A DNA stretch of 63,114 nt, filler included, from Collodictyon triciliatum (taxonomy: Eukaryota), in assembly GCA_043381765.1 (NCBI GenBank). It is 5 parts of 5 records of this genome, joined end to end, with 100 filler letters (N's around TTAATTAATTAA, not from the genome) between each part and the next. Parts side by side here need not be neighbours in the genome. Positions count along the whole stretch, not along the records: positions 59,361 to 63,114 come from JBHJMP010000523.1; 4 more parts are not named here. One strand, written 5' to 3'. The notes under the pieces are model-generated. The model was not told the DNA's origin. It ran no database searches and was given only the letters and a program-made list of their open reading frames with translations. This document shows positions 59,588 through 63,114 of the stretch, in pieces. Each line of letters opens with the position of its first letter. Within the stretch, counting starts at the first letter, position 1. A program made the position numbers and the translations under genes.

Positions 59588-61292
59588 CTCATTATGTGGT
59601 TCTCATGGTACGGACTTCATGGGTTGGCCAGCTATGGAATCACAGACAACTTTCGTCTCGTGAATAACTTAGTTGCATTCAATACGACTATTGCCGGAGC
59701 CTCGGGTTGCATTGTTGCTCTCTTGAGACAGCGACTCTACTACGGTGTTTGGGACGTATCAGTGGCTCTCAATGGGCTGATATCGGGTCTTGCATCAGTC
59801 AGTGCTTCTTCAGCAATAATCGACGGCTGGGGCGCGATGTGTATCGGAGGTTTGTCAAAAAGTCGAACTATTATGGTATCGGAGCGGGAGAGCTAGAAAA
59901 AAACATGCGATTTAAATGCTTATCGTGCATCATAACCCTATGAACTGTTTAAATTGTTTTTGATTTTGAGTGTTTCTTTTTGTATTATATGTTTTATTTC
60001 TCATTTTATTTTTCGTTTTATTTTTCGTTTTATTTTTCGTTTTATTTTTCGTTTTATTTTTCGTTTTATTTTTCATTTTATTTTTCATTTTATTTTTCAT
60101 TTTATTTTTCATTTTATTTTTCATTTTATTTTTCATTTTATTTTTCATTTTATTTTTCATTTTATTTGTCATTTTATTTTTCATTTTATTTTTCATTTTA
60201 TTTTTCATTTTATCTTTCATTTTATTTTTCATTTTATCTTTCATTTTATTTTTCATTTTATTTTTCATTTTATTTTTCATTTTATTTTTCATTTTATTTT
60301 TCATTTTATTTTTCATTTTATCTTCATTTTATTGTTTTGTTTTGTTTTGTTTTTAGCTTTCATTTTATTGTTATTGCTTATTTTATTTTATTTTATTTTA
60401 TTTTATTTTATTTTATTTTATTTTATTTTATTTTATTTTATTTTTTTAGCTTATCGAATTTACGTGTATGGGCAAATATTCAAGAAAATTAAATACTCAC
60501 AAAATGTTAGCTATCGGTGGGATGATTTACCTGTTTGGACGAAAAACGCTGCTGGACTTTAAGATTGATGACCCGATTGATTCATTTCCTGTTCATGGCT
60601 TCTGTGGAGCGTGGAGTTTGCTGAGTGTTGGATTGTTTTCGTCTCGCGAGTTGGTTGTTGCCGCATATCCAAACCTTGACGGGAAGACGGCCTACGGATT
60701 GTTCAAGGGTGTATGTTTATAGTATATCAAAAAAACTACCGCAGATAAAGCCTTTGATACACCTCAACTAAGTTCTTGAAGAATTGCCAATATTTTATAT
60801 CTATACTTCTCTGCTCGTGCGCATTTTTTTTTCGTTTGTTGATTTTTATGAACATAGGGAGGATGGAAACAGCTCGGTCTCCAAATATTTGGGATTTTCA
60901 TCATCACTGTTTGGTCGACGGCCATGACAATGCTCACATATGTAGTCATCAGCCTCACATCATCAGGTTTGCGAGTAAGCGATAATGACGAGGACGCAGG
61001 GCTGGATTATTCAGTCCACGGTGCTGTGCAATCGAAGGGGTCTCAGCCCGTAATAATATGTCTATAAATGTGTGTTTATCTCTGTTTATATATAATGTGG
61101 TTTCAGCTTAATCTTGTCTTACTTAGAAAAAAGAAAATCAATTATTAGGCCGCCACCGAGCTCTCTGTGTTTGCTGATGGACGAGCAAGGCCACAACGAT
61201 TAAACCCCTCGATTGTGCCCATTAATTCTGCGGGAAATACGCAGAGAGAAGAGGACGATGTTCTTCCTCGTGGTATGCCATTACCAACATGA
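59588..61292 (+). CDS. Ammonium transporter (Amt/Mep family), 5'-partial; exons 59588-59849, 60511-60710, 60858-61049, 61149-61272 (or to TGA 61292 if unspliced)
   Basis: MWFSWYG, AFNTTIAGASG, ALNGLISGL, KIDDPIDSFPVHGFCGAWSLLSVGLF, GGWKQLGLQ, LRVSDNDEDAGLDYSVHG. Confidence 0.9.
59990..60445. repeat. 12-bp minisatellite (TTTTATTTTTCR)n plus (TTTTA)n in an Amt intron
   Basis: Direct inspection. Confidence 0.95.
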
Positions 61293-61461
61293 CAACCTTC
61301 TTTTCCTTCTCTCATCAGTAGCACATACATGAAAAATCAAATTTGCATGATACATGTCACTCCAGTGCCATCTCAACTATCACAACAATATAATCTACAA
61401 ATAGATTAGGGCTATATCTTATATAACTCTTGTCCCTTTTTTTTCTGCCTCGAAACAACAG

Positions 61462-62531
61462 ATATTCGCCTTTGGGACTCCGTCCATGTTTCCAGGTTCT
61501 TTTCACAACTCGGATTACCTGATCAAATCGGACATTCTGCGCTGCAACACGGGCTCAGTGGCCGCAACTTGCTCGACTTGGACCAGCAGCTTCTGCTGGA
61601 GTTGTACGGCGATGAAGTCGCACAGCTTATTCACAAAAGTGTGTGTTCTGCCCTCCACAAAGAAAAACCAGGTGTGCCCCTGCGCTTACACGCGCGATTT
61701 TTCTGTTTTTTTATTCTGTTGTTTTCATCTGTTTTTTTAATCTGTTTTTTTGATCTGTTTTTTTATTCTGTTTTTTATTCTGTTTTTTTATTCTGTTTTT
61801 TTTATTCTGTTTTTTTATTCTGTTTTTTTATTCTGTTTTTTTATTCTGTTTTTTTATTCTGTTTTTTATTCTGTTTTTTTATTCTGTTTTTTTATTCTGT
61901 TTTTTTATTCTGTTTTTTTATTCTGTTTTTTTTATTCTGTTTTTTTTATTCTGTTTTTTTTATTCTGTTTTTTTTANNNNNNNNNNNNNNNNNNNNNNNN
62001 NNNNNNNNNNNNNNNNNNNNNNNNNNNNNNNNNNNNNNNNNNNNNNNNNNNNNNNNNNNNNNNNNNNNNNNNNNNNATTCGGTTTTTTTATTCGGTTTTT
62101 TTATTCGGTTTTTTTATTCGGTTTTTTTATTCGGTTTTTTTATTCGGTTTTTTATTCTATATTTTATTTGTGTTGTATTTAAAATGAGTGGAAGTGTCGT
62201 GGTGTCAATTACAACCTGGCTCGGTCCATCCACAAATATCATATTGTTTTATCCCTTGCTCACAATTTTTATTTCTATACTAATAAAGTTGACTTGTTTC
62301 CCTCCTCTCCTCTCCTCTCCTCTGAATGCAGAAATCCAAATCCTCAACGAAACGGGTGTTGTCGCTTGGTTCCAGTCTATTGGGATGGACGCGGCTGCAA
62401 CAGAGGTTGTCCTGCGTAATTGCTACAACGGAATGGCTTTGATGAGAGAAAACTCCACCACGATTCTTCGAGAGTTTGGTAATCCAGCCGGAAGCAGACT
62501 CTGGAGTGTCCTCCATGGCCAGTTTGTATGA
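61462..62531 (+). CDS. Two exons (61462-61671, 62332-62531) each encoding a SAM-like domain; probably the C-terminus of the Amt
   Basis: IRLWDSVHVSRFFSQLGL...HGLSGRNLLDLDQQLLLEL and LNETGVVAWFQSIGM...NCYNGMALM...ILREFGNPAGSRLW fit the SAM pattern W..V..F/W...GL...G..LL.L; both exons are entered in phase 1. Confidence 0.7.
61740..62156. repeat. (TTTTTTATTCTG/CGG)n minisatellite spanning a gap, intronic
   Basis: Direct inspection. Confidence 0.93.
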
Positions 62532-62880
62532 TGGGCGGCACATGGTACTCTCAAAAAGATGAGAGGTGGAAATACTCCTTCAAGTAAACAAAACAAACCC
62601 CAAAACCCCTCCTGAAAAAAAACCCCTGACATAAAAACCCAAAAATAAAATCTTTTCTCTGGGATACTCACTCCACCCTTTTCTATATGTGGAATTACAC
62701 TATTTTCAACATTGGTGATTCATACCAAATCGATTTAACGGTTTTTCTTTTTTTGATCTGATTGTTTTCTGGAGGGGATTCCATTGCACGGTCGGACTTG
62801 AAAAGACACTCGTGATTGTGCTTCGAGCTCGCTCTTCTGTTTGTTTGCGGGCGTAATAACCTGATCCTCCTATCTGTTTC

Positions 62881-63114
62881 TGTTTTTGTTTTTGTTTTTG
62901 TTTTTTGTTTTTGTTTTTTGTTTTTGTTTTTGTTTTTGTATTTGTTTTTGTATTTGTTTTTGTATTTGTTTTTGTATTTGTTTTTGTATTTTTTTTGTAT
63001 TTGTTTTTGTATTTGTTTTTGTATTTGTTTTTGTATTTGTTTTTGTATTTGTTTTTGTATTTGTTTTTGTATTTGTTTTTGTATTTGTTTTTGTATTTGT
63101 TTTTGTATTTGTTT
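62881..63114. repeat. (TTTGTTTTTGTA)n repeat
   Basis: Direct inspection. Confidence 0.95.

Noticed and set aside
43178-62531. Apparent cyclic-nucleotide/ammonium signalling cluster (PDE, cyclase, Amt)
   Set aside because: The three genes are separated by artificial linkers at 53879-53978 and 59261-59360, so physical linkage is not shown.

Overview
AT-rich, intron-dense eukaryotic draft sequence. The gene content and microsatellite load look like an amoebozoan-type protist (inference). Four N-flanked TTAATTAATTAA linkers show the window is five artificially joined pieces (about 1-12520, 12621-33563, 33664-53878, 53979-59260, 59361-63114), so adjacency across them carries no meaning. Most long ORFs in the supplied track are repeat or gap artefacts, and the real genes had to be spliced by hand. 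Genes recovered: TAF1, a TMEM254-like gene, a secreted dibasic-rich protein with microexons, a bacterial-type S45 acylase, a class I-like PI3K, two tandem SPRY genes, two out-of-order halves of a bubblegum-type acyl-CoA synthetase flanking a decayed LINE, a GAF-GAF-GAF-PAS phosphodiesterase, an OCIA-like gene, ZNF207/BuGZ, a Cache-HAMP receptor nucleotidyl cyclase and an ammonium transporter. The strongest candidate for something new is the Amt: its Phe gate is substituted and it appears to splice in frame onto two SAM-like domains, which suggests an ammonium transceptor. All family assignments are from motif recognition by eye; no searches were run.
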